Shown here piece after piece: positions 38,698-47,336 of a stretch of DNA of 64,000 bases; the first letter of the stretch is position 1; the number at the start of each line of letters is the position of its first letter. Below the pieces are notes generated by a model. That model was not told the origin of the DNA and ran no database searches. It saw only the letters and a program-made list of their open reading frames with translations. Position numbers and translations under genes: made by a program. This DNA comes from a virus, in the UHGV virus genome UHGV-0286546; one strand, 5' to 3'.

Positions 38698-39650
38698 GAC
38701 ATCATCTTTTCAATCATTTGTTTATCACAAATTACACAACCGTCACAATCACTATATGCATGATAGTTTTTAAGATGACCGCATTCTGCTAATTCTGTTT
38801 CACTAGAGATATGATCTAATTCTACTTCTGCATTTGAATCTTTGTGGCGTGTATTTAATTGCATGGAAGTATCTTCACTATTACCATTACGATAAAGGGT
38901 ATCTGCTCTATATTTAATATTAAAAAGTTTATCCCACATTATTGGAGATTCTTCTGTTCTGAATTTTTTAAGAAATTGTAAGAATTTTTTTCTAGGAGGT
39001 ACAAAACCAGGTAATTTCTTATTCATTTCCTGTAAAGTAATATTACTGGCTCCGCATTGTTTAAAGAAAAACGAGGTATGATATTCTTCCATCATCTTTT
39101 TGAAGGATAGCTCACCAGAAAGATATTTATCGATACAATCTTCTGATAAAATTGTTGTAGTATTAAATAAAATTTCTGGATATAATTTATGGATATTTTT
39201 CATGTGATAACTCCAATTCTCTTCCATTTTTGGAGTATGAAATCTACCTAGTGTATCATAAGAAGTTAATACCCACAATTCACCTTTATGACCTTCAAAT
39301 AAATCTAGTGTTTCATATAAATCTTTTTGATCACCAATAGTAAGTGTAGCATAAATCCAAACGTGTGAAACAATTCCTTCTTTTAATAATTCAGCGGTCT
39401 TTTTCATCAGATTCATAAAAGCTTTTTTGACTTCTGGATTAGACATTTGACCTTGAAAGAATTCACCTCCCAAATAGGAAAGTGTATCATATTCTGGATA
39501 TAAGGATAAATCAGAAATTTTTTCGAGTGCTTTTTCGCAGGCTTTAATTTTAAGATGGTCTGGTGTAAATCTGTTTTCTGTACCTAAATAACAAAATTTA
39601 CACAACGAATTACACTGTTCCCATAGTTCGAATTGTAATTGTTTTTGCAT
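38694..39650 (-). CDS. Radical SAM enzyme (318 aa), LWxDC subfamily
   Basis: FELWEQCNSLCKFC, LGGEFF, TSYDTLGRF and C-terminal CGHLKNYHAYSDCDGCVICD. Confidence 0.75.
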   Translation of the reverse strand: MQKQLQFELWEQCNSLCKFCYLGTENRFTPDHLKIKACEKALEKISDLSLYPEYDTLSYLGGEFFQGQMSNPEVKKAFMNLMKKTAELLKEGIVSHVWIYATLTIGDQKDLYETLDLFEGHKGELWVLTSYDTLGRFHTPKMEENWSYHMKNIHKLYPEILFNTTTILSEDCIDKYLSGELSFKKMMEEYHTSFFFKQCGASNITLQEMNKKLPGFVPPRKKFLQFLKKFRTEESPIMWDKLFNIKYRADTLYRNGNSEDTSMQLNTRHKDSNAEVELDHISSETELAECGHLKNYHAYSDCDGCVICDKQMIEKMMS

Positions 39651-39663
39651 TGAATTCCCCTCA

Positions 39664-40509
39664 TTAATTTTTGTAATCGATTAAAGATAATTTTTCGATT
39701 TTTCCTGTCGATAATAATTTAATATTTTCTTTTAACATTCTTTTTTCATTAGATTCTAATAAATCTAAACTGGGTAAGTTTGCTTCATTTGTAAAGATAT
39801 TCCATTTTGTTATATCTTCGTTCAATATAGTTTTTATTGGTACATTTTGAGGTTCAATCTCTAAGGGAGCAAAGTAAGATTCTCCTACAAGAGAAATGGT
39901 ATTTTTAATGATTGGTTTTTTAGAAAGCCAATTACCATCTTTGTCAACCATCGCTAAAAACCAATCTGAATCGTCTAATAAAACAATATCGTTGTTTCTA
40001 TTTATAGCATAATCCGAAAATTTATTAATACAATCTCTAATTACTTTTAAATCATAAACGTCTGGATAAGTTTCTTGGATTTGTTTAATAATAAGCTTTA
40101 ATTTTAATTTACTTTCCAAAATTTTTAATGTTTTTCCCCAATTTAGTAACAATTCTTCAAACGATAAGTCTTCTGGTGAGCAAACTTTTAAAATTTCTCT
40201 TTGTTCTACTTGGTATAAGATTCCATCGTTTTCTATTGTTTTAACATACCAATGAATATTAAAAACTTCTCTGTATATTTCTGCTAATTTCTCTCGTATT
40301 TTTTCAAAAAATCTACCCGAATGTCTATCGATAGTGTATACTTTATAGAAATAATCTTTTGTTCCTATGACTAATTGATGTTCGTAATCTTTCCATTTTA
40401 CTGATAATTCTGGATGAACATTCTCATCTAAAGATCGAATAATACTAAAAAATTTTTTAGTCGATGTTTCTTTTAAATCGAGTTTTTTCCAAGAAATTAA
40501 TTCATTCAC
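39664..40509 (-). CDS. Hypothetical protein (281 aa)
   Basis: ORF between two rSAM genes. It overlaps the upstream gene by 4 nt. Confidence 0.5.
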   Translation of the reverse strand: MNELISWKKLDLKETSTKKFFSIIRSLDENVHPELSVKWKDYEHQLVIGTKDYFYKVYTIDRHSGRFFEKIREKLAEIYREVFNIHWYVKTIENDGILYQVEQREILKVCSPEDLSFEELLLNWGKTLKILESKLKLKLIIKQIQETYPDVYDLKVIRDCINKFSDYAINRNNDIVLLDDSDWFLAMVDKDGNWLSKKPIIKNTISLVGESYFAPLEIEPQNVPIKTILNEDITKWNIFTNEANLPSLDLLESNEKRMLKENIKLLSTGKIEKLSLIDYKN

Positions 40510-41432
40510 AAAAAGGCTTCTCCATCTAAATTTTCTAAATCACAAAGCATGCATTTATCTGAATCTGTATAACATTTATATAGAACAGAATGTCCACATT
40601 TAGGATTTATATCTTCTTTTCCGTCTGTTAGTTTTGGTGCTTCTGTATAATCATTTGATCCTCGTTCTTTTACACCTGTATATTTAAAAACACATGAATT
40701 TTTTGTAGATTGTAAAAATGATAGATATACAACCGGATTTGCACTTTTTAAGTATCTAATAAATCGTAAGAAGTCAGAACGTTTGAAATTAAAATCAGGA
40801 AGTGTATAACCTGTTTCGATTGGGTGTGGATATAAAAAGCATAATTGATTGCCCGGAATGTTTTCTTCAATAAACTTATTTACATCAAAGTTATTATTTT
40901 TCCATTCATCTATAACGTACTGGGTGAGTATCATTTGAACACCAACGCTATAATTATACTTTTTATGAAAGTCGTTGATATTCTTTAAACAGAGTAATCT
41001 AGCTTTTTCGTCTTTGAATCTGTATTTTAAATCATAAGAAAAGTTAATATCTACTTTTTGTATACCAACTGCATTAACAATTTTATCAATTACTTTATAT
41101 AAAAACTCCGGATTATAAAGTCCGTTCGTAACAGTCGAATATCTACACTCTGGATTTTTTGATACTTTTAAAACTTTTTCGATAATAAGATCAATTAATT
41201 CTAAAAAGGAATCTTGTACTTCTTTATCTTGAATGAAATATAATTCACCGCCGAGAAGTGAAATACCATAACTAAATTGATTTTCCCAATCTACATAATC
41301 TAAGTTTTTCTTAATTTTATTTAATTGCCAGAGCTGTTTTTCTTTAGAATATGGAATTCTTTCTCGGCGTAAACAAAACTTACATTCGTTGCAGCAATTA
41401 GACCAAACCGCATATTGAACCATATTTCCCAT
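40506..41432 (-). CDS. Radical SAM enzyme (308 aa), LWxDC subfamily
   Basis: YAVWSNCCNECKFC, LGGELYF, FSYDLKYRF and C-terminal CGHSVLYKCYTDSDKCMLCD. Confidence 0.75.
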   Translation of the reverse strand: MGNMVQYAVWSNCCNECKFCLRRERIPYSKEKQLWQLNKIKKNLDYVDWENQFSYGISLLGGELYFIQDKEVQDSFLELIDLIIEKVLKVSKNPECRYSTVTNGLYNPEFLYKVIDKIVNAVGIQKVDINFSYDLKYRFKDEKARLLCLKNINDFHKKYNYSVGVQMILTQYVIDEWKNNNFDVNKFIEENIPGNQLCFLYPHPIETGYTLPDFNFKRSDFLRFIRYLKSANPVVYLSFLQSTKNSCVFKYTGVKERGSNDYTEAPKLTDGKEDINPKCGHSVLYKCYTDSDKCMLCDLENLDGEAFL

Positions 41433-41451
41433 CTTTTTAGTATTTTCCTTT

Positions 41452-42006
41452 TTATGATAATGTATATGATATTTTTACCGGAACTACACGTATATATCCT
41501 TCATTTCTAACCATAATAGAAATTAAATTTTCAATAATAAGTTTAGTATCTGAAACATCTATCATTTTTTCAACAGAAGGTACGTTTTTAATCCAATCTG
41601 ATTCGTTTGCCCAATATATTAAGTATTTGACTAGTGAAGAAGTATCTTTATTATAGCGTGAAGATACAAAAGCCAATTTGGTTGCAGCGAAACATGCCAA
41701 ATTGTTTAAATACGGATAAAAATCTTCTGGTGCTATTATTCCAGAAGGTGAACCAATAACTTGTAAAAACGCAGTCATATCTGTATCTACTTTTGATGTA
41801 GGAATAGCAAATTTAACAGGACTACTAACAATACCAGTTACTTTTTCAACATATGCCCCACTACCAGAAGAGGCGGCTTCAAATTTAAAACCGTCTTTAA
41901 CACAAGCATGCATACCACCATAATTAGCAATGTTTGCGCAATTGGTTTTCATCCAATTTTTTACAAGGTCACTCAAAGACTGATAGGTTATCGTTGGTAA
42001 CGGCAT
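41452..42006 (-). CDS. Protein Q2 (184 aa), paralog of 30253..30804
   Basis: Its start lies 1 nt after the P2 stop (the same TAAATG junction). It has the shared N-terminal motif and ends in SYTLS. Confidence 0.55.
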   Translation of the reverse strand: MPLPTITYQSLSDLVKNWMKTNCANIANYGGMHACVKDGFKFEAASSGSGAYVEKVTGIVSSPVKFAIPTSKVDTDMTAFLQVIGSPSGIIAPEDFYPYLNNLACFAATKLAFVSSRYNKDTSSLVKYLIYWANESDWIKNVPSVEKMIDVSDTKLIIENLISIMVRNEGYIRVVPVKISYTLS

Positions 42007-42753
42007 TTAAATATCCATATATGCTATAAAACTTGAAGATGATGATGAACTACTTGATGAACTACTAGAAGAAGACGAGCTTGAAGATGAACTACTAGAA
42101 GAACAAATATAAGATAAAACAGTAGAAATCAAATGAGTATTATTTGTTGTACCTAATGCATTTAATAGATCTGTCAAAGAACTATTTACTTCTGAAGGTG
42201 AAATGTCAATAGAAGTAGAATTTAGACTACACGTCGGAAAAGATGTTGCTTTTGAATTATAAAATATACGCGTTTCACCAGTAATAGCGCTTGTGACATA
42301 AACTAATTTTATAGACATAAAAGATGCTAAGTTATTATAAAATGCTAACATAGTTTTATATGAAACCGGTGTATTTGACTTTTCATATATAGCACGCGAC
42401 TTTAAAAATGATAATAATTGATTTTCAACTGTTGAAGCTGGAACAGCAATAAGTAAAGAATCATTTATTGTTTCTTTAACAGTTGAAGTATGTGCACTCC
42501 TTGCAACATTTCGAAATCCTGTTGCTGACATTTTTGTTTCGGAATAGGTTTTGCTTATTCTATTAATAATTTGACCATTCTTAAAAGTTGTTGGTAAATT
42601 AGGATTTAAGCTATCTAAGTTTACACAACTCGTTTTTAAAACTTTAAGTGCATGTTTGATTAAGTCGTCATAGGTTACTACGGTGTTTTCATTCAGCATC
42701 TTTGCTTTCCTTGATAGTTTCAGTATCTTTAATCTCTTTAGCAAAATTTTCAA
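42007..42753 (-). CDS. Poly-Ser-tailed protein P2 (248 aa): 24 consecutive Ser, then FIAYMDI
   Basis: Translation; Ser codons span about 42031..42102. It is a paralog of P1 and the Ser tract is preceded by YIC. Confidence 0.6.
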   Translation of the reverse strand: MKILLKRLKILKLSRKAKMLNENTVVTYDDLIKHALKVLKTSCVNLDSLNPNLPTTFKNGQIINRISKTYSETKMSATGFRNVARSAHTSTVKETINDSLLIAVPASTVENQLLSFLKSRAIYEKSNTPVSYKTMLAFYNNLASFMSIKLVYVTSAITGETRIFYNSKATSFPTCSLNSTSIDISPSEVNSSLTDLLNALGTTNNTHLISTVLSYICSSSSSSSSSSSSSSSSSSSSSSSSFIAYMDI

Positions 42754-43393
42754 ATAAATTTAAACCGACTGAATTCTTTAAGAACAAAGCGCTTAAGCAT
42801 TCCATAGCATCAATTATATATGGACAGCTCGCTGTATCAAATTGTTCACCTGCAGCAAAAATACCAGATAATGTATAAAAATCTGTACTTAAAATAATTG
42901 ATTTGTATGCAGCAGGCAAGGATATATATTCGTCGGTTGGTAAAAAAGTGGTCTTGCTATAAGATTTAATTAAAGAAATAAAATACATTGATAATTGTTT
43001 AGAAAATATATTTAATTCATCTCGTACTTCTAACCTAACGTCGATTAGATCATCTATTTCATTAAAGTAAATATTTTCATCTTCAAAAAAGGAATCTTCT
43101 AAGGTATTATATACTTTAACTAAATTTATGATGTTAAGGAGCATTAAAGGATCTTTTAATGTTTCTCTACTTAACGAAATACGTAAAGCTTCAATAATTA
43201 AATCAATATTTAAATTTTTTAACCTTGTAAGAATAATATCTTTGAACTCATCAGACTCTTCTAAAGTATAGATTTTATTCAAATTGTCTAAGAGTTCGTC
43301 GGTTGTAATATTTTTATCAAAAGAAATAGTATATTCAGTTTGTTCTTCTAGTGATTTTTTTGTAATGTTTGCTTTTACAAGGTTTAAATTCAT
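42689..43393 (-). CDS. Acidic protein R2 (234 aa), paralog of 33282..33947
   Basis: Shared blocks with R1. It overlaps P2 by 65 nt in a different frame. Confidence 0.55.
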   Translation of the reverse strand: MNLNLVKANITKKSLEEQTEYTISFDKNITTDELLDNLNKIYTLEESDEFKDIILTRLKNLNIDLIIEALRISLSRETLKDPLMLLNIINLVKVYNTLEDSFFEDENIYFNEIDDLIDVRLEVRDELNIFSKQLSMYFISLIKSYSKTTFLPTDEYISLPAAYKSIILSTDFYTLSGIFAAGEQFDTASCPYIIDAMECLSALFLKNSVGLNLFENFAKEIKDTETIKESKDAE

Positions 43394-43416
43394 AACAAAT
43401 ACCGTCCTTTTTGGGT

Positions 43417-43444
43417 TGTTCTTATAGATATATTATATTGAACT
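43417..43444. promoter_or_regulatory. Palindromic AT-rich element TTGTTCTTATAGATATATTATATTGAAC in a divergent promoter region
   Basis: GTTC and GAAC form inverted ends around a TATA-rich core. It lies about 50 nt upstream of 43476 and about 25 nt upstream of the 43393 start. Confidence 0.3.
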
Positions 43445-43475
43445 AAAAAACGAAAGTAATCCTAAGTAGATTTTA

Positions 43476-44387
43476 ATGAAAACAGCAATTCGTATTGAAC
43501 TCATACCACTATATCGTTGTAATGAAAATTGTAATTTTTGTTTATATCAGCATGAAAAAAATAACAAAAATACAGCAGATTTAGCATGGATAGATTCAAC
43601 CTTAACTTCATTGCACTTTAAGTATGATATTCTTCAAATAAAAATTACTGGAGGTGAAATATCTTTACTTTCAGACTTTTACTTTGAGATGCTATTTAAC
43701 TTATTAAAAATACATTGCAAAAAAATCATTGTAGAAACCAATTTCGTTGAATTTAAGAAGGCTTTAATTAACAACTGTGATATAATAAACATAGGATATA
43801 ATTTCAATAATAATCCTTTACAACAGCAGATTTTTAATAATATTAAAGCGGCTACAGCAACTGGAAAAAGTATAAATATAAAGTCCTTAGATATTTTTTG
43901 TAAAATAAATCATAATCAAATTATAAATCATTTAAATTCACTTAAAATTAAATCCTGGGAGATTATACCTTTTCATCAGACACCATTTACATTATATAAA
44001 TTTAGAGGATATTCAGAGTATGAAAAGATTGTTGCTGAATATCTTAAATTGTCAAACAAGATGAAATTTGCTTTTCAAAATAAATTACAACTAGAGAATA
44101 TTTTAAATCTTGATAACTATAACGTTAAAACAGTATATTTAACTCCTAATAATAAACTTGCTCTACAAAATTTTGATAATGATAACAACTTTTTCTTAGA
44201 AGAATTTGATAATGTTGAAGATTTATCTAAAAAAATGAAAGAAACGGAAAAAAAGAAAGATAAATTTTGTGAAAAGTGCACTTCTAAATTACAGTGTATG
44301 GCAAATAGTTTTATGAATTTGAATTATACCGGACTCTCATGTAGTGGATTTAAAGATTTAATAAATAAGCATAAAGGTGGGCTGTAA
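43476..44387 (+). CDS. Radical SAM enzyme (303 aa), divergent member
   Basis: YRCNENCNFC, TGGEISLL and C-terminal CEKCTSKLQCMANS...CSGF. Confidence 0.7.
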   Translation: MKTAIRIELIPLYRCNENCNFCLYQHEKNNKNTADLAWIDSTLTSLHFKYDILQIKITGGEISLLSDFYFEMLFNLLKIHCKKIIVETNFVEFKKALINNCDIINIGYNFNNNPLQQQIFNNIKAATATGKSINIKSLDIFCKINHNQIINHLNSLKIKSWEIIPFHQTPFTLYKFRGYSEYEKIVAEYLKLSNKMKFAFQNKLQLENILNLDNYNVKTVYLTPNNKLALQNFDNDNNFFLEEFDNVEDLSKKMKETEKKKDKFCEKCTSKLQCMANSFMNLNYTGLSCSGFKDLINKHKGGL

Positions 44388-44388
44388 T

Positions 44389-44952
44389 ATGAATTTAATG
44401 TATGTTATAATGTCACAAGTTAATTTTACAAACAAAAATAATAAGCTGGTAAAAAAAGTAAATAAACTTAAAGAAGAATTAAAAAACGAAAAGATTAAAG
44501 TAGATAGTAAGTGTGTAAAATTAGGTAACACAGATTACTATAATAATACTTTACCATTAATAACCAAAGATAGAGATGTTCTTAAAAAGCCAAATGGTAT
44601 TTGTAAGATGCGTGTCAATTGGAAAAAGAAAACTTTTGAAGGTATGTCTACAAATGAAATCGCTAATCAACTCAAAGAACAATATGGTTGGAATATAACT
44701 ACCGTTGATGCGGATCATACTCGTAATAAGTATAAAAATAAAACAGACGCATGGGTAGTATTCGATACAAAAGAAGAAGCAGAAAGAAATATGAAGTTAT
44801 TTAATTCAATGTTTATTACAGCTATTGAATTAGATGCGATTGAAGAATATAAGCGATTTAAAGAAAATCCAGCAAAAAGACCTTTGACTTTTGATAAACT
44901 GGTTGAAAACGCTTATGAATTGTATGAAGCCGTTGATCAAGGAGAAATTTAA
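44389..44952 (+). CDS. Hypothetical protein (about 187 aa from the ATG; the track starts at a GTG at 44377)
   Basis: AAAGGTGGG RBS before the ATG that opens MNLMYV. It is Lys-rich. Confidence 0.45.
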   Translation: MNLMYVIMSQVNFTNKNNKLVKKVNKLKEELKNEKIKVDSKCVKLGNTDYYNNTLPLITKDRDVLKKPNGICKMRVNWKKKTFEGMSTNEIANQLKEQYGWNITTVDADHTRNKYKNKTDAWVVFDTKEEAERNMKLFNSMFITAIELDAIEEYKRFKENPAKRPLTFDKLVENAYELYEAVDQGEI

Positions 44953-44954
44953 AT

Positions 44955-45203
44955 ATGTCAACTAGGGAAGTAATGATTCCAACAAATAAACATTTTTGTG
45001 ACATTTGTGGAAAAGAAATTGAAGGTGTAACGTGGACATCTGCGTGCGGTTATATTTTATCTTATGAAAATGAAGATTATGCATTAGATTTAGATATTTG
45101 TCCTGATTGTAAAAAGAAATATGAAAATTTAATCAAAGGCGAATTACGAGCAAAATTAGTAGAAGTATTCAAAAAGTTAAAGGAAAAACACGATGCAGAA
45201 TGA
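44955..45203 (+). CDS. Small zinc-ribbon protein (82 aa)
   Basis: CDICG...CPDC, two CxxC pairs. Confidence 0.5.
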   Translation: MSTREVMIPTNKHFCDICGKEIEGVTWTSACGYILSYENEDYALDLDICPDCKKKYENLIKGELRAKLVEVFKKLKEKHDAE

Positions 45204-45414
45204 ATTACAGAATAGAAAACTTAGAATTACGGTTTCCGGCGCACTAGGAGCTGGTAAGACAACCTTGTTAGGAATTATTAAAGAATGTTTAGAAAGAGAT
45301 TATAAATTCAGAACAATGTTTGCTGGAGCAGAAATCTCTATGGCAGAAGTAATTGAAGACCTTCCAGATAGAGCTGACGAAGAAAAACGAGAAAAAGAAA
45401 ATAAATCTGAGTAG
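45193..45414 (+). CDS. Mini P-loop protein (73 aa); too short for a complete NTPase domain, possibly a truncated or split remnant
   Basis: Walker A GALGAGKTT near the N-terminus. No room for the rest of a kinase or ATPase fold. Confidence 0.35.
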   Translation: MQNELQNRKLRITVSGALGAGKTTLLGIIKECLERDYKFRTMFAGAEISMAEVIEDLPDRADEEKREKENKSE

Positions 45415-45473
45415 AATTGATTTAATTTGCATTTCTATATTATACAAGTTTACTTTAATTTGGGTAATTAGAT

Positions 45474-47336
45474 ATGCAATTTAATATTAAGAAAATCGAA
45501 ATTCAGAATTTTAGAAGTATTCAGTCTAAAGTAACCTTGGAAATAAAACCAGGGTTATTTTCTATTGAAGGAATAAATATGGACGAACCTTCTTCAAAAA
45601 ACGGAGCAGGCAAAAGTTCAATTGTTTCGGCTTTATATTGGTGTTTGACTGGTAATACTCTTACGAACGAAGTACTAGCAGATGAAGTAGTAAATCTTAA
45701 AACTGGAAAAGATTGTCGAGTTACAGTATATATTGATTCTGATCGGGGTGAGATTAAAGTTGTTAGAAGTCGTAAAGATTCAGAATTAGGCAATAACCTT
45801 TTGTTGGAAATAGCTAATCAAGATTTAACTTGTCATAAAATAGCAGAAACCCAACAGAGAATTAATCAATTGTTAAAAATTCCTGTCGATTTGTTGCATA
45901 GTACAATTATGATGACTTGTGATATTAAATCTGCGTTTTCAGACCTTACTCCTCAACAGCGTATTCAAACTCTTGAAAGTATACGTGACTATAGTCTTTG
46001 GGATAGAGTGCGTGACGAAGCAAATAAAGATATGAAAGAAATTGCTAAAGACATCCAGGAATCAAGATTAAAACTCAGTAGTGCAGAAGGGAGTTTAAAG
46101 ACTTATGAACAGATGTATAATCGTCAATTAGGAGCTCTAGAAACGCTAAAAATCAATTTCGATATAAAACGTATTGAAAATGAAATTGTATCGCTCACAG
46201 ACCAAAAAACGGTCATAGATACACAGTTAGTAAAGTTAAAAGAAGAAATCGAAAAATATAATAAAGTAACTAAAACTGACACTAGTGAATATCTTCAAAA
46301 TTTACGTAAAATTGAAGAAGAAGCAAATGTAATAACTAGTGAAAAACAAAAAATCGAATTTGAAAATAAACAATTAGATGTCGATATAAATACGATTGAT
46401 AAATGGTTTAAAAATGATACTTGTCCTACTTGTAAAAGACCATTAGAAAGAAGTAATGAACTAATTGTTGAAAAGACACAAGAAAAAGAAAGTTTACTTG
46501 CTTCAAAAACTAAAAATATAGAAATTATAGCAGGCTTAGACGTTAAATTAAATGAAAAACGTGTAGAATGGTCTAATTTAAATAAAGAATTGACAAAATT
46601 AACACAAGAAAGCAAAGATGTTGACGAAAAAATTAGAAAGTTAAACGAAGAAAATACTCAAGCATTACATAAATTAAATCTTGTCATGAAAACCATTACA
46701 GAGTATGAAAATAAAAAAGAAAATCATGATAAAGAAGTTGATACTATAAACAATACACTTGCTGAATACAAAGTAGAGATAGAAAAGATTAATAAACAGA
46801 TAACTGCAGAACAAGAAGTAGTAACAAAACTAGAATATGAGCGTTCTCTTGCGGATTACTTTTATAAACTACTTGGTGCAAAAGGTGAATTACGTCCATA
46901 TCTGTTAAATCGTGATATTATCTTTTTAAATCAATGTATGCAGAAATATATAAATAGATTTTTCGCAAATACAACTGTTGCTTTGACTTTGAATGGAGCA
47001 AATATTGATATTGTAATTGAAACTGCAGGAATTAAGAAATCGGTATCTAGTTTATCAGGTGGTGAAAAGAAGCGTTTAAATCTTGCTATTCAATTAGCAT
47101 TGTATGATTTAATTAAAACAACCTCTAGAATTAATTTTAATGTATTATGGTTAGATGAGGTAGAATCACAATTAGATCCACTCGGTTGTCAACAGTTAAT
47201 TGAAATAATTGAAGATAAAAGTGACGAGATCGAAAGTGTATTTTGGATTACAAATAATGCAATGGTAAGCGAAAACATTCCAAATAAAATCGTATGTAAA
47301 AAAATTATGGGTAAAACGGAGATTATAGAGCAATGA
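45474..47336 (+). CDS. SbcC/Rad50-like recombination ATPase (T4 gp46 analogue), 620 aa
   Basis: Walker A GAGKSS, the ABC signature LSGGEKKRL, Walker B LWLDEVESQLD, a central coiled coil and a CPTC zinc-hook motif. Confidence 0.8.
   Translation: MQFNIKKIEIQNFRSIQSKVTLEIKPGLFSIEGINMDEPSSKNGAGKSSIVSALYWCLTGNTLTNEVLADEVVNLKTGKDCRVTVYIDSDRGEIKVVRSRKDSELGNNLLLEIANQDLTCHKIAETQQRINQLLKIPVDLLHSTIMMTCDIKSAFSDLTPQQRIQTLESIRDYSLWDRVRDEANKDMKEIAKDIQESRLKLSSAEGSLKTYEQMYNRQLGALETLKINFDIKRIENEIVSLTDQKTVIDTQLVKLKEEIEKYNKVTKTDTSEYLQNLRKIEEEANVITSEKQKIEFENKQLDVDINTIDKWFKNDTCPTCKRPLERSNELIVEKTQEKESLLASKTKNIEIIAGLDVKLNEKRVEWSNLNKELTKLTQESKDVDEKIRKLNEENTQALHKLNLVMKTITEYENKKENHDKEVDTINNTLAEYKVEIEKINKQITAEQEVVTKLEYERSLADYFYKLLGAKGELRPYLLNRDIIFLNQCMQKYINRFFANTTVALTLNGANIDIVIETAGIKKSVSSLSGGEKKRLNLAIQLALYDLIKTTSRINFNVLWLDEVESQLDPLGCQQLIEIIEDKSDEIESVFWITNNAMVSENIPNKIVCKKIMGKTEIIEQ

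Noticed and set aside
19823-44387. CRISPR array or other non-coding repeat cluster suggested by recurring words in this region
   Set aside because: All recurrences are in-frame protein motifs (CxxxCxxC, SYD..RF) of paralogous genes. There are no short identical direct repeats with unique spacers.
45193-45414. The mini P-loop ORF as a complete ATPase or kinase
   Set aside because: 73 aa cannot hold the rest of the fold. It is reported only as a possible remnant or small protein.
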